From the NCBI GenBank assembly GCA_025057135.1, contig JANWXY010000067.1:12867-76866 (forward strand): 64,000 bases of DNA, read 5' to 3'. The translations under genes and the position numbers were made by a program. This document shows positions 56,270 to 64,000 of this stretch, one piece after another (the first letter of the stretch is position 1; every line of letters begins with the position of its first letter). The notes under the pieces are model-generated. The model searched no databases. It saw nothing but the letters and a program-made list of their open reading frames with translations, and was not told where the DNA came from. Origin of the DNA: Bacteroidia bacterium. GTDB taxonomy: Bacteria; Bacteroidota; Bacteroidia; SpSt-205.

Positions 56270-58912
56270 ATGCAGAAAGAAACCTTTACTAAAACCCTCC
56301 TCCCAATAGCGATTATCGCTCTGTTCAGCGTCCTCTACTTTTTACCCCTGTATCAGGGATACCGATTCAGAGCCTCTGATCAGACCCAGCTGGAGTACAT
56401 GAACTACCCGCTCACCAAACTATATCAGGAAACAGGGAAACTTGCTTTTTGGGCTCCACACCTTTTCGGGGGAATGCCCGCTTATCTTATATACCATGTG
56501 CCAGAGGGTATATATTTTCTCGCTCCGATGAATATCGCTGGACAGCTCTTTCGTGAATACGGACCTTCTGCATTCTTTGTGGGAGGCTTGGGGTTTTTCA
56601 TCCTTCTACGGCTCATAGGCATACGGTGGGCTTGGGCTTTGGGGGGAGCACTTGGGTTTATCCTCACGAGCTATTATTCCAATATGATCATTGCCACCCA
56701 TTGGGGTAAAAGCAATGTGATCTTTTCAGTACCATATGTCTTATCGGGCATGATGCTCCTACGGCGCAATTCGTGGGCCTGGGGCATACTCTTGTCTCTT
56801 TTGGGTTGGGCGGGGATGGCTGGTGGAAATCATCCTCAAATGATGTATTATGCACTCAGCGTTATTGGGGGGGTGGGGGTTTTATGGTTGTGGGAAACAT
56901 GGCAGACGCGCAGCTGGTGGGCTTTCGGAAAAGGGGTCGCCATCTTCGCTTTATGTGCTGGCATAGGCGCGGCATCTCAGATTAGTTCCTTGCTCCCGTT
57001 TTATGAATACGGGCGCTACTCCATCCGAGGAGGTAGTGAGTTAGAACGGGACACAGAAAAAGACCCCTCTCTTCGCTCAGGCTTAGATAAAGAGTATGCT
57101 CAAAATTATTCCGCAAGCCGAGCGGAGATATGGACGATGATCATTCCTGATTTTGTAGGGGGCACATCCCAGGAGGACCTTTGGGGACGCTTGGGACGCA
57201 GCTCTGCCCTGGCAGAAGCTCTTCAATCTCATGGCATAGGTGATATAAATATTCTCCGCTCCGCACCGACGTATTGGGGGGGCTCTCCTTTTTCGGCGGG
57301 TTCATTTTACATCAGTGCCATTGCTCTCTTCTTGATGATCTTAGGATGGACCTACGGCATGCAGCCGATAGACTGGATACTTGCTTATGTAGGATGGATA
57401 GTTATACAGCTCTCGCTGGGTTTGTACGGCTATGCACTGTGGGCTACAGCGGTATTATTACTTCTGCCGGTGGCGGCTCATTATGCAGCCCGCTTTCCCA
57501 AAAAGCTCTGGATGAAGGCTTCTGCTGCTACCATGACCTTTCTAATAGGTTGGGGGCTGATTAGCCTCATAGATGATAGCCCTGAGACTACCTATAAGCT
57601 GACCGACTGGGCATTAGACTACCTACCCTTATACAATAAATTCCGAGCGCCCTCCACATGGCTGGTGATTATGGGTATTTTACTACCATGGCTCGGCATG
57701 CGTGGTATCCAGCGCTTTTTAGAAGCGCCTCAGCGAGAAAACCTTTTCTCCGCTCTGAGTGTGAGCGTAGGGATTTTGCTTCTCATAGGCATCGGCGGAG
57801 CTTTGGGCTTTAGCTTTGAAGGAGCATATGACGCTTCGCTAAAAACCCAGGCCCAACTGCCTGACTGGTTTATGGAGGCTTTACGAGAAGACCGTATCTC
57901 TCTGGCGCAACGCTCCGCCATGCGCAGCATCCTCTGGGTAATGCTGGCTGGGGGCGTTTTACTTTTACTTTCCCTACGGCAAATATCTGAAAGCTTAGCA
58001 GGTGGGATAGTTGCCGCACTCATTGCTTTAGATGGGTGGCTTCTGAACAGTTCCTACTTTCCCAAGCGAGAAACCTATGTAGAGTCTCGTAAAATACAGA
58101 TTCCGCCTCCACTGGCCCCTCATGAGACTATCCTTCGGGCGGATACGAGTGCCTATCGCATCCTCCCGCTTCATACCAACCCTTTTACAGATGCTCGTCC
58201 CGGCGTCTATTTTGAGAATGCAGGTGGCTACCATCCCGCTAAACTCAAGAGGTATCAGCAGTTTATAGAAGCTCACTTAAGCCGATTAGAACCCGAAGCG
58301 CTCAAAATGATGAGCGTCAAATACATCACCGCCCGCCCTGGAACTCCCGTCCCGCCCACTTACGATAGTCTGACTAAAGCCTCCGACGATGTGGTCATTT
58401 TTAGAGCCAAAGATACCTTACCTATGGCATGGCTGGTAGAAACTGTGAGAGTTTTCCCACGGGTGGATCAAACCTTAGACAGTATCGGTAAATACCCCGT
58501 CCATCAAGTCGCCATAGTTGCCGAGAAAGACTGGCAGCGTATCACTCCCCAGCCTTCCTCTAACCGCTTGGATAGCGCTGAAACTGTCGTTTGCGTAAAA
58601 CGAAACGCCTATGAGCTAGAGTACAAGGTTCGCACCCGTCAGCCTCGCCTTTTAGTCATGAGCGAAGTGTACTATCCGAAAGACTGGAGCGCAGCAGTGA
58701 ATAGTCAGACCGTCCCCATCATACCTGTGAATTTCATCCTCAGAGGAGTAGTAGTGCCTGCTGGAGAAAGCACCGTGCGACTGACTTGTGAAAGTGCTAT
58801 TCACAATCAAGGACGACGGATTTCCCTTATTGGGTCTGTGTTAGCCTGGGGAATGATTGCTGTAAGTATGGGGTGGATGGTGGTGAAGCGGCGAAAAGTA
58901 ATCCCCACATAA
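56270..58912 (+). CDS. YfhO-like large polytopic membrane protein (putative glycosyl/lipid transferase)
   Basis: About 880 aa. The N-terminal roughly 560 aa has more than 12 TM helices. There is a large C-terminal extracytoplasmic domain and a final TM helix. This is the YfhO family architecture. The ATG at 56270 (MQKETFTKTLLPIAIIALF...) is preferred over the track start at 56186, which overlaps the divergent DUF58 gene. Confidence 0.55.
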   Translation: MQKETFTKTLLPIAIIALFSVLYFLPLYQGYRFRASDQTQLEYMNYPLTKLYQETGKLAFWAPHLFGGMPAYLIYHVPEGIYFLAPMNIAGQLFREYGPSAFFVGGLGFFILLRLIGIRWAWALGGALGFILTSYYSNMIIATHWGKSNVIFSVPYVLSGMMLLRRNSWAWGILLSLLGWAGMAGGNHPQMMYYALSVIGGVGVLWLWETWQTRSWWAFGKGVAIFALCAGIGAASQISSLLPFYEYGRYSIRGGSELERDTEKDPSLRSGLDKEYAQNYSASRAEIWTMIIPDFVGGTSQEDLWGRLGRSSALAEALQSHGIGDINILRSAPTYWGGSPFSAGSFYISAIALFLMILGWTYGMQPIDWILAYVGWIVIQLSLGLYGYALWATAVLLLLPVAAHYAARFPKKLWMKASAATMTFLIGWGLISLIDDSPETTYKLTDWALDYLPLYNKFRAPSTWLVIMGILLPWLGMRGIQRFLEAPQRENLFSALSVSVGILLLIGIGGALGFSFEGAYDASLKTQAQLPDWFMEALREDRISLAQRSAMRSILWVMLAGGVLLLLSLRQISESLAGGIVAALIALDGWLLNSSYFPKRETYVESRKIQIPPPLAPHETILRADTSAYRILPLHTNPFTDARPGVYFENAGGYHPAKLKRYQQFIEAHLSRLEPEALKMMSVKYITARPGTPVPPTYDSLTKASDDVVIFRAKDTLPMAWLVETVRVFPRVDQTLDSIGKYPVHQVAIVAEKDWQRITPQPSSNRLDSAETVVCVKRNAYELEYKVRTRQPRLLVMSEVYYPKDWSAAVNSQTVPIIPVNFILRGVVVPAGESTVRLTCESAIHNQGRRISLIGSVLAWGMIAVSMGWMVVKRRKVIPT

Positions 58913-58970
58913 ATCATCCCAATAGTAAAGCTGCGATACCATTCGTATAGTACTCTACGCTTCGTTTCAG

Positions 58971-60056
58971 TTACTGATTATGCACTGTGCCTGAGCGGGC
59001 GATGAGCGCAAAATCCGCCAGCACTATGGCTGTCATGGCTTCTACCACAGGTACAGCCCTGGGAATGGCGCTGGGGTCATGCCGCCCCTTAGCCGTAAAG
59101 GTAACCTCCTCGCCAGTCCGAGTAACCGTGCGCTGAGGACGCCTGAGAGTAGCTATGGGTTTGAATGCCACTCGGAAGTATAGAGGCTCACCTGTAGATA
59201 TTCCACCCAAAACCCCTCCGGCATAATTTGTTAGCGGACGCACCTCGCCTGAGCTTCCGATGGTGAAGGCATCATTGTGTTCGGACCCGCGCATAAAGGC
59301 ACTGGTGAAGCCCATGCCTATCTCAAATCCCTTGGCGGCGTTGATACTAAGCATGGCGTAAGCAAGCCGAGCGTGTAGCTTATCATAAATCGGTTCGCCC
59401 CATCCACCCGGCAGCCCTTCCACCTGCGTAGATATTATACCGCCGGCGGTATCCCCTTCTTCAATCAGCTGTGCTAAATAAGCCGTGATTTGGGCGCTGA
59501 CTTCTGCGTCTGGACACCGAATCGGAGACCCCTCTATTTCATCGGCAGTAGTCGGTATGTAATTAGTCTCAAAAGGGCCAATGCGAGAGGTCCATGAGAG
59601 GATTTTTATTGACGGATGCAGAAACCTAAGTAACTGCAGAGCGACAGCCCCTGCAGCCACCCGAGCTGCTGTTTCTCGGGCAGAGCTTCGTCCGCCCCCC
59701 CTGGGGTCTGTGTGTCTGTACTTAAGCGCATAAGTAAAGTCTGCATGAGATGGACGAAAAACCTGGGCTATTTCCGCATAATCTGTCGGGCGAGCATCCG
59801 TATTAGGTATCCAAAGGGTGAGAGGGGAGCCCAAGGTCCGCCCCTCGTATAATCCACTGAGGACTTGTACCGCATCCGGTTCATTTCTGGGAGAAGTATA
59901 AGCAGATTGACCAGGACGGCGGCGGCGCAGCGCAGATTGGATTTCCTCCACGCTTATTGGAACATCCCCGGGCATACCATCTATAACTACACCTATGCCT
60001 GCTCCATGAGACTCTCCAAAAGTCGTAATCCGAAATAGCCTACCGAATGTATTCAT
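58971..60056 (-). CDS. aroC: Chorismate synthase
   Basis: MNTFGRLFRITTFGESHGAGIGVVIDGMP is the canonical AroC N-terminus. The internal start at 60056 is preferred over the track start at 60083. Confidence 0.9.
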   Translation of the reverse strand: MNTFGRLFRITTFGESHGAGIGVVIDGMPGDVPISVEEIQSALRRRRPGQSAYTSPRNEPDAVQVLSGLYEGRTLGSPLTLWIPNTDARPTDYAEIAQVFRPSHADFTYALKYRHTDPRGGGRSSARETAARVAAGAVALQLLRFLHPSIKILSWTSRIGPFETNYIPTTADEIEGSPIRCPDAEVSAQITAYLAQLIEEGDTAGGIISTQVEGLPGGWGEPIYDKLHARLAYAMLSINAAKGFEIGMGFTSAFMRGSEHNDAFTIGSSGEVRPLTNYAGGVLGGISTGEPLYFRVAFKPIATLRRPQRTVTRTGEEVTFTAKGRHDPSAIPRAVPVVEAMTAIVLADFALIARSGTVHNQ

Positions 60057-61473
60057 ACACACCAATATCAGGATGCTGGTCACGAAGTCTGCCAGCTAAG
60101 TCTCTCGTAGGAGACCACGCGGCATCGTATCTACCCGCATCAATCAGAGGACTATTCGCCTGGATAGGATAGCGCTTCGCAGCCTCTCCTAAACCGAGTT
60201 TTTCGGGATAAATATTCCCGCTCCCTGGTAGGGTTTCCTTCTGACGAAGGGCACAATGATCATATATCTGCTGGGGATTGGCACTGCGTAGCTCGGCAGA
60301 AACGGCATCCTCTTTGGAACTCCAGATTACTGAGTTGAGCGCCATGAAGTCTATGGGATAGGTCTGTATTTGATCGGAAAGGCGTAAAAAGTCTGTAAGT
60401 AAAAGGCTCGTCAATCCCCGTCTGATATCGCCTTGATCATATAATAGACTGCAGTGAATAAGCCGATGCTTCCCTCCCCCTATGATAGCCATACAAGCCT
60501 GCCCACAACGATACATGAGGGTATTCACCGCATGCAAAATAGGCTGGGAGGGAAGGCTTGGGCAAAAGCCCTGAGCAACTACGCCATAGTTTGCTGCATC
60601 AGAGATTATACAGCTCTCCATATAAACTTTCGCGGCGGTGGCATCACCTGCAGAATCTATACGCACACCAATGCTACTTTGAAGAATTTCTGTGTGAAGG
60701 AGTTTATTCTGTCGGCTGGTAGGAAAAAACCATAAGCCTTGCCACTGCCCCGCCGCACTCGCATAGTAGGGCTCTAAACGCCAACCCTGCATGCGCACAG
60801 GCGAGTCAGAAGTTCCAAGCACCTCTAAGCTGCCTGCGACATACATACCTGATTTCAGCTCACCTTGGAGCGGACCTGACTCCCATCGCCGCCCTGAGAA
60901 ATACAAACGAGTCCCTGGAAGAATCCGCAAATGTGCATTAGGTCCCACGTAGAAAAAGCCGTCTATCACTATCGGTTTATCCGAAGGGAGAGAGACCACA
61001 GCGCTATCAAAGCCAAAATCTTGATAGACATACGCTGCAAGCAGCACAGTGCGTAAAACGACTGACTGCACGCCACTTTCTGTATCAAAAAGGAGTCTGT
61101 CATAGCGTTCGGCGTCAGAAAACGTCGTGTCTCGCAGGCGAATAAATACTTGGGCGCTATCTTTGGCAGCCAAGATATAATCCATACGCAGTGGGCCCAC
61201 TCGCCCATCAAAGATGAAGCTATATGGGCTTTGTTCGCCTTTTTCCAGCCATATTTGCTTTATCCGAACAGGATGCGGGTGGGGATTATATACCCAGAGG
61301 CGTTGGGTGGGAGAGAGGAGGGTAGAAAAAAGAGAGTCAAACCGTACCGTATCCCGAGAAAAACGCAGCTCGCCGGGCCGAGGAGCTAAAATCTCCCTCC
61401 GGCAACTATTCACAAATAAAAGCAGGAGCCCAAACCATATTAGAAGGCGCCGTTCCATCTCTGACAGTTTCAA
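60040..61473 (-). CDS. Hypothetical lipoprotein / secreted protein (probable beta-helix fold)
   Basis: It has a signal peptide with lipobox-like FVNSC. It is 477 aa with no recognisable catalytic motif. It lies between gpmI and aroC on the same strand, with its stop overlapping the aroC start. Confidence 0.5.
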   Translation of the reverse strand: MKLSEMERRLLIWFGLLLLFVNSCRREILAPRPGELRFSRDTVRFDSLFSTLLSPTQRLWVYNPHPHPVRIKQIWLEKGEQSPYSFIFDGRVGPLRMDYILAAKDSAQVFIRLRDTTFSDAERYDRLLFDTESGVQSVVLRTVLLAAYVYQDFGFDSAVVSLPSDKPIVIDGFFYVGPNAHLRILPGTRLYFSGRRWESGPLQGELKSGMYVAGSLEVLGTSDSPVRMQGWRLEPYYASAAGQWQGLWFFPTSRQNKLLHTEILQSSIGVRIDSAGDATAAKVYMESCIISDAANYGVVAQGFCPSLPSQPILHAVNTLMYRCGQACMAIIGGGKHRLIHCSLLYDQGDIRRGLTSLLLTDFLRLSDQIQTYPIDFMALNSVIWSSKEDAVSAELRSANPQQIYDHCALRQKETLPGSGNIYPEKLGLGEAAKRYPIQANSPLIDAGRYDAAWSPTRDLAGRLRDQHPDIGVYEYIR

Positions 61474-61516
61474 AACACTGATGGGGGCGTTTGTGAATAT
61501 ATCCTTTCCAAAGAGA

Positions 61517-63091
61517 TCATACCATGCTCCTTCGTCTGAGAAGGCTTGGCAGCATTTGATCTGGAATGGGAAGTCTTAGCAGTTCTAAGATTGTAGGAGC
61601 CACTTGGGGCAAAATCCCCTCTTCTAAGCGATATGGCAGGGGGGAGGAACTGATAAGCGCACATGGCACCCGAGCTAAGGTGTGCGCCGTATGAGGCGAA
61701 CCGTCAGCGTTTCTCATCTGATCGGCATTTCCATGGTCGGCAATCAAAAGTACCACATACCCCGCCCTCAGAGCTACTTCTACGAGCTGAGCGGAACATT
61801 CATCTACGACTTCGCAGGCTCGGACGGCGGCATCCCAGACTCCCGTATGCCCCACCATATCGGGATTAGCGAAGTTGAGGCATACAAAATCTGTCTTCCC
61901 TTCTCTGAGTATAGGTAAAAGGGCATCCCGAAGTTCGTAAGCACTCATCTCAGGCTTGAGGTCATATGTGGCGACCTTAGGAGAAGGGATTAAGAGGCGA
62001 TTTTCTCCGGGAAAAGGGTCTTCTCGTCCGCCGTTCAAAAAGTAAGTTACATGCGGATATTTTTCGGTTTCGGCTGCACGCAACTGAGAGCGTCCTGCCT
62101 CAGCAATAACCGCTCCCAATGGCTTTTCCACGACCGATTTCCCGAAAAAGAATCGTACCCCACGCTCAGTGAAAAGCGGATCATACTCTGTCATGGTGAT
62201 GAAAAATAAGGGAAGCGGAGATAAGTCCGCAGGCATGGGCACAGGAGCTCTTCCAGTATTGGCATCTGGCACTTCACCAGTATATAGCGCTTGAACCAGC
62301 TGCCTGGGACGATCGTTCCGAAAGTTAAAAAATAGCACTATGTCATGCGGACGAATCGGAGCGGCCTCACCAATGACCATAGGAGGAAAAAATTCATCTG
62401 TAATCCCCCGATTGTAGCTTGCCTCAACGGCTGCTTCCACAGTCGGAAAAGTTTCCCCTTTGCCATGAACTAAAAGTTCATATGCTACTCGAGTGCGCTC
62501 CCATCGTCTATCCCTATCCATTGCGTAGTATCGCCCTATGATGGAAGCTATCCGTCCATGGATAAGTGATTTGAGAGCCGCCTCTGCTTCTTTGAGATAA
62601 GCGAGAGCACTCTGCGGCGGCGTATCCCGCCCATCTGTAAAAGCGTGTAGATAAACAGGTGTGCCCACATCTATTCGCCGATAGATTTCCAGAAAACCTA
62701 CGAGATGCTTCAAACTGCTATGCACGCCGCCCTCCGATACCAGCCCGAGCAGATGTATAGGACACCGCTTCTCAATCAAATACTGAAGAAAGTCTCGGAA
62801 GGTCTTTTCCCAAACTATCGTGTAATCTTCTATCGCCCGCTGAATACGCGGAAGGTCTTGCCAGACGACCTGGCCAGCCCCGATGTGTAAATGCCCCACT
62901 TCGGAGTTTCCCATTTGACCAGGAGGGAGACCTACGGCTTCCTCAGAAGCTTTCAGGGTCGTGAAGGGATACTCCCGGCGTACTCTATCGTAAAAGGGGG
63001 TATTTGCTGCATCTATGGCGCTCCATTCTGGCCTCTCCGCTATACCCCAGCCGTCCCAGATAAGTAAGAAGACTTTATTTGACGAGTCCAT
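61517..63091 (-). CDS. gpmI: 2,3-bisphosphoglycerate-independent phosphoglycerate mutase
   Basis: The N-terminus is VFLLIWDGWG. The metal-binding motifs (ADHGNADQM, TAHT) are present. 524 aa. Confidence 0.9.
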   Translation of the reverse strand: MDSSNKVFLLIWDGWGIAERPEWSAIDAANTPFYDRVRREYPFTTLKASEEAVGLPPGQMGNSEVGHLHIGAGQVVWQDLPRIQRAIEDYTIVWEKTFRDFLQYLIEKRCPIHLLGLVSEGGVHSSLKHLVGFLEIYRRIDVGTPVYLHAFTDGRDTPPQSALAYLKEAEAALKSLIHGRIASIIGRYYAMDRDRRWERTRVAYELLVHGKGETFPTVEAAVEASYNRGITDEFFPPMVIGEAAPIRPHDIVLFFNFRNDRPRQLVQALYTGEVPDANTGRAPVPMPADLSPLPLFFITMTEYDPLFTERGVRFFFGKSVVEKPLGAVIAEAGRSQLRAAETEKYPHVTYFLNGGREDPFPGENRLLIPSPKVATYDLKPEMSAYELRDALLPILREGKTDFVCLNFANPDMVGHTGVWDAAVRACEVVDECSAQLVEVALRAGYVVLLIADHGNADQMRNADGSPHTAHTLARVPCALISSSPLPYRLEEGILPQVAPTILELLRLPIPDQMLPSLLRRRSMV

Positions 63092-63174
63092 GCAGAGTAT
63101 ATTACCTCTACAAAATAACGCAATCGTAGCTTCATACGCGCACAGCGGAAAAAGGAGCTTTATCTTTGCAGAGT

Positions 63175-64000
63175 ATGTTTGAAGCGATTGCAGAACGGCT
63201 ATCGGAAACCTTTCGCAGCTTGGCCGGACGAGCTCGCATCACCGAAGCTAATGTCTCAGACGCGGTCAAAGATGTGCGACGAGCTCTTTTAGAAGCCGAT
63301 GTGAACTACAAAATAGTCAAAGACTTCACCGAAAGAGTCAAACAAGAAGCCATCGGTCAGGAAGTCATCAAGTCGGTTACCCCCGCCCAGCTTTTTGTGA
63401 AAATTATATATGACGAACTGGTCAAACTCTTGGGAGAAAAGCAAGAGCCGCTGCGATTTAGTGCAATTCCTCCCACGATTTACATGATAGTCGGGTTAAA
63501 TGGGGCTGGAAAAACGACTTTTACCGCCAAGCTGGCTCTTTACCTCAAAAGTCAAGGTCGCGCACCATTTTTGATTGCGGCGGACATCTACCGACCGGCG
63601 GCGGCTGAACAGCTGGCTGTTCTCGCAGATAAAATAGGCATTCCCTACTACCGTGAGGACGGAGCCGACGACGCCATTGCTCTGGTACAACGCGGCTTAG
63701 CTGCCGCCAAATCCCAAGCCAGAGAAGTGGTAATCATAGATACTGCTGGACGCCAAACCCCCGACTCCGACCTCATGGCAGAGCTCAAGAAGATGGCAGA
63801 GGTACTAAATCCAACCGAAGTTCTCCTCGTATTAGATGCTATGACGGGTCAAGATGCTGTAACCACAGCCCAAGCATTCCGCGAAACAGTACCCGTCTCA
63901 GGATTTATTCTCTCCAAGATGGACGGGGACGCCCGAGGTGGTGCAGCCCTATCTCTCCGAGCAGCTACCGGATTGCCTATCAAATTTATCGGTACAGGCG
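63175..64000 (+). CDS. ffh: Signal recognition particle protein Ffh (partial, 3' end beyond window)
   Basis: The N-domain is MFEAIAERLSETFRSLAGRARITEANVSDAVKDVRRALLEADV. The G-domain P-loop is GLNGAGKTTFTAKLA. DTAGRQ is also present. It runs off the window end. Confidence 0.9.
   Translation, partial: MFEAIAERLSETFRSLAGRARITEANVSDAVKDVRRALLEADVNYKIVKDFTERVKQEAIGQEVIKSVTPAQLFVKIIYDELVKLLGEKQEPLRFSAIPPTIYMIVGLNGAGKTTFTAKLALYLKSQGRAPFLIAADIYRPAAAEQLAVLADKIGIPYYREDGADDAIALVQRGLAAAKSQAREVVIIDTAGRQTPDSDLMAELKKMAEVLNPTEVLLVLDAMTGQDAVTTAQAFRETVPVSGFILSKMDGDARGGAALSLRAATGLPIKFIGTG

Overview
This is a 64-kb chromosomal window that looks like a Bacteroidota/Chlorobiota-type (FCB group) genome. Three things point that way: a TAnnTTTG -7 promoter element upstream of the tRNA, a bifunctional hisB, and an acpP-fabF-rnc block. 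GC is about 50-55%, with visibly AT-richer patches. Gene density is high and many starts and stops overlap by ATGA or a few nucleotides, indicating translationally coupled operons. The content falls into six groups. (1) Housekeeping: hppA, an amino-acid permease, hisB-H-A-F-IE, prs, guaB, queG, ruvB, queD, folE, rnc, fabF, acpP, aroC, gpmI, ffh, tsaB with rimI, a Sua5/TsaC-family gene, cdd and coaD. (2) An LPS-core/glycan assembly locus at about 25.4-34.8 kb: GT2, GT9 (x2), GT1, a Wzx-like flippase, an LptF/G-family permease and an embedded alanine-racemase-fold (DSD1-like) gene. Downstream of tRNA-Gln(TTG) and prs it continues with a low-GC pair of tandem paralogous proteins of unknown function (37.5-39.3 kb) and a nucleotide-sugar dehydrogenase. 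(3) An unusually rich set of partner-switching signalling parts: three SpoIIE/PP2C phosphatases with different sensor domains (PAS, TPR, multi-TM), one STAS antagonist plus a GHKL kinase fused into an operon with ruvB-queG, and an orphan DUF1987/SiaC-like protein, with no sigma factor in sight. (4) A low-GC TPR-CHAT protease gene followed by HtrA/DegP. (5) An isolated NuoI/NuoJ-like pair abutting queD-folE. (6) A Sua5 protein with an extra C-terminal DUF488-like domain. No CRISPR array, integrase, transposase or prophage features were seen. The most promising candidates for something undescribed are the tandem paralog pair (a possible new GT-A-like family in a horizontally acquired glycan cassette) and the multi-input PP2C/partner-switch network with unknown output.
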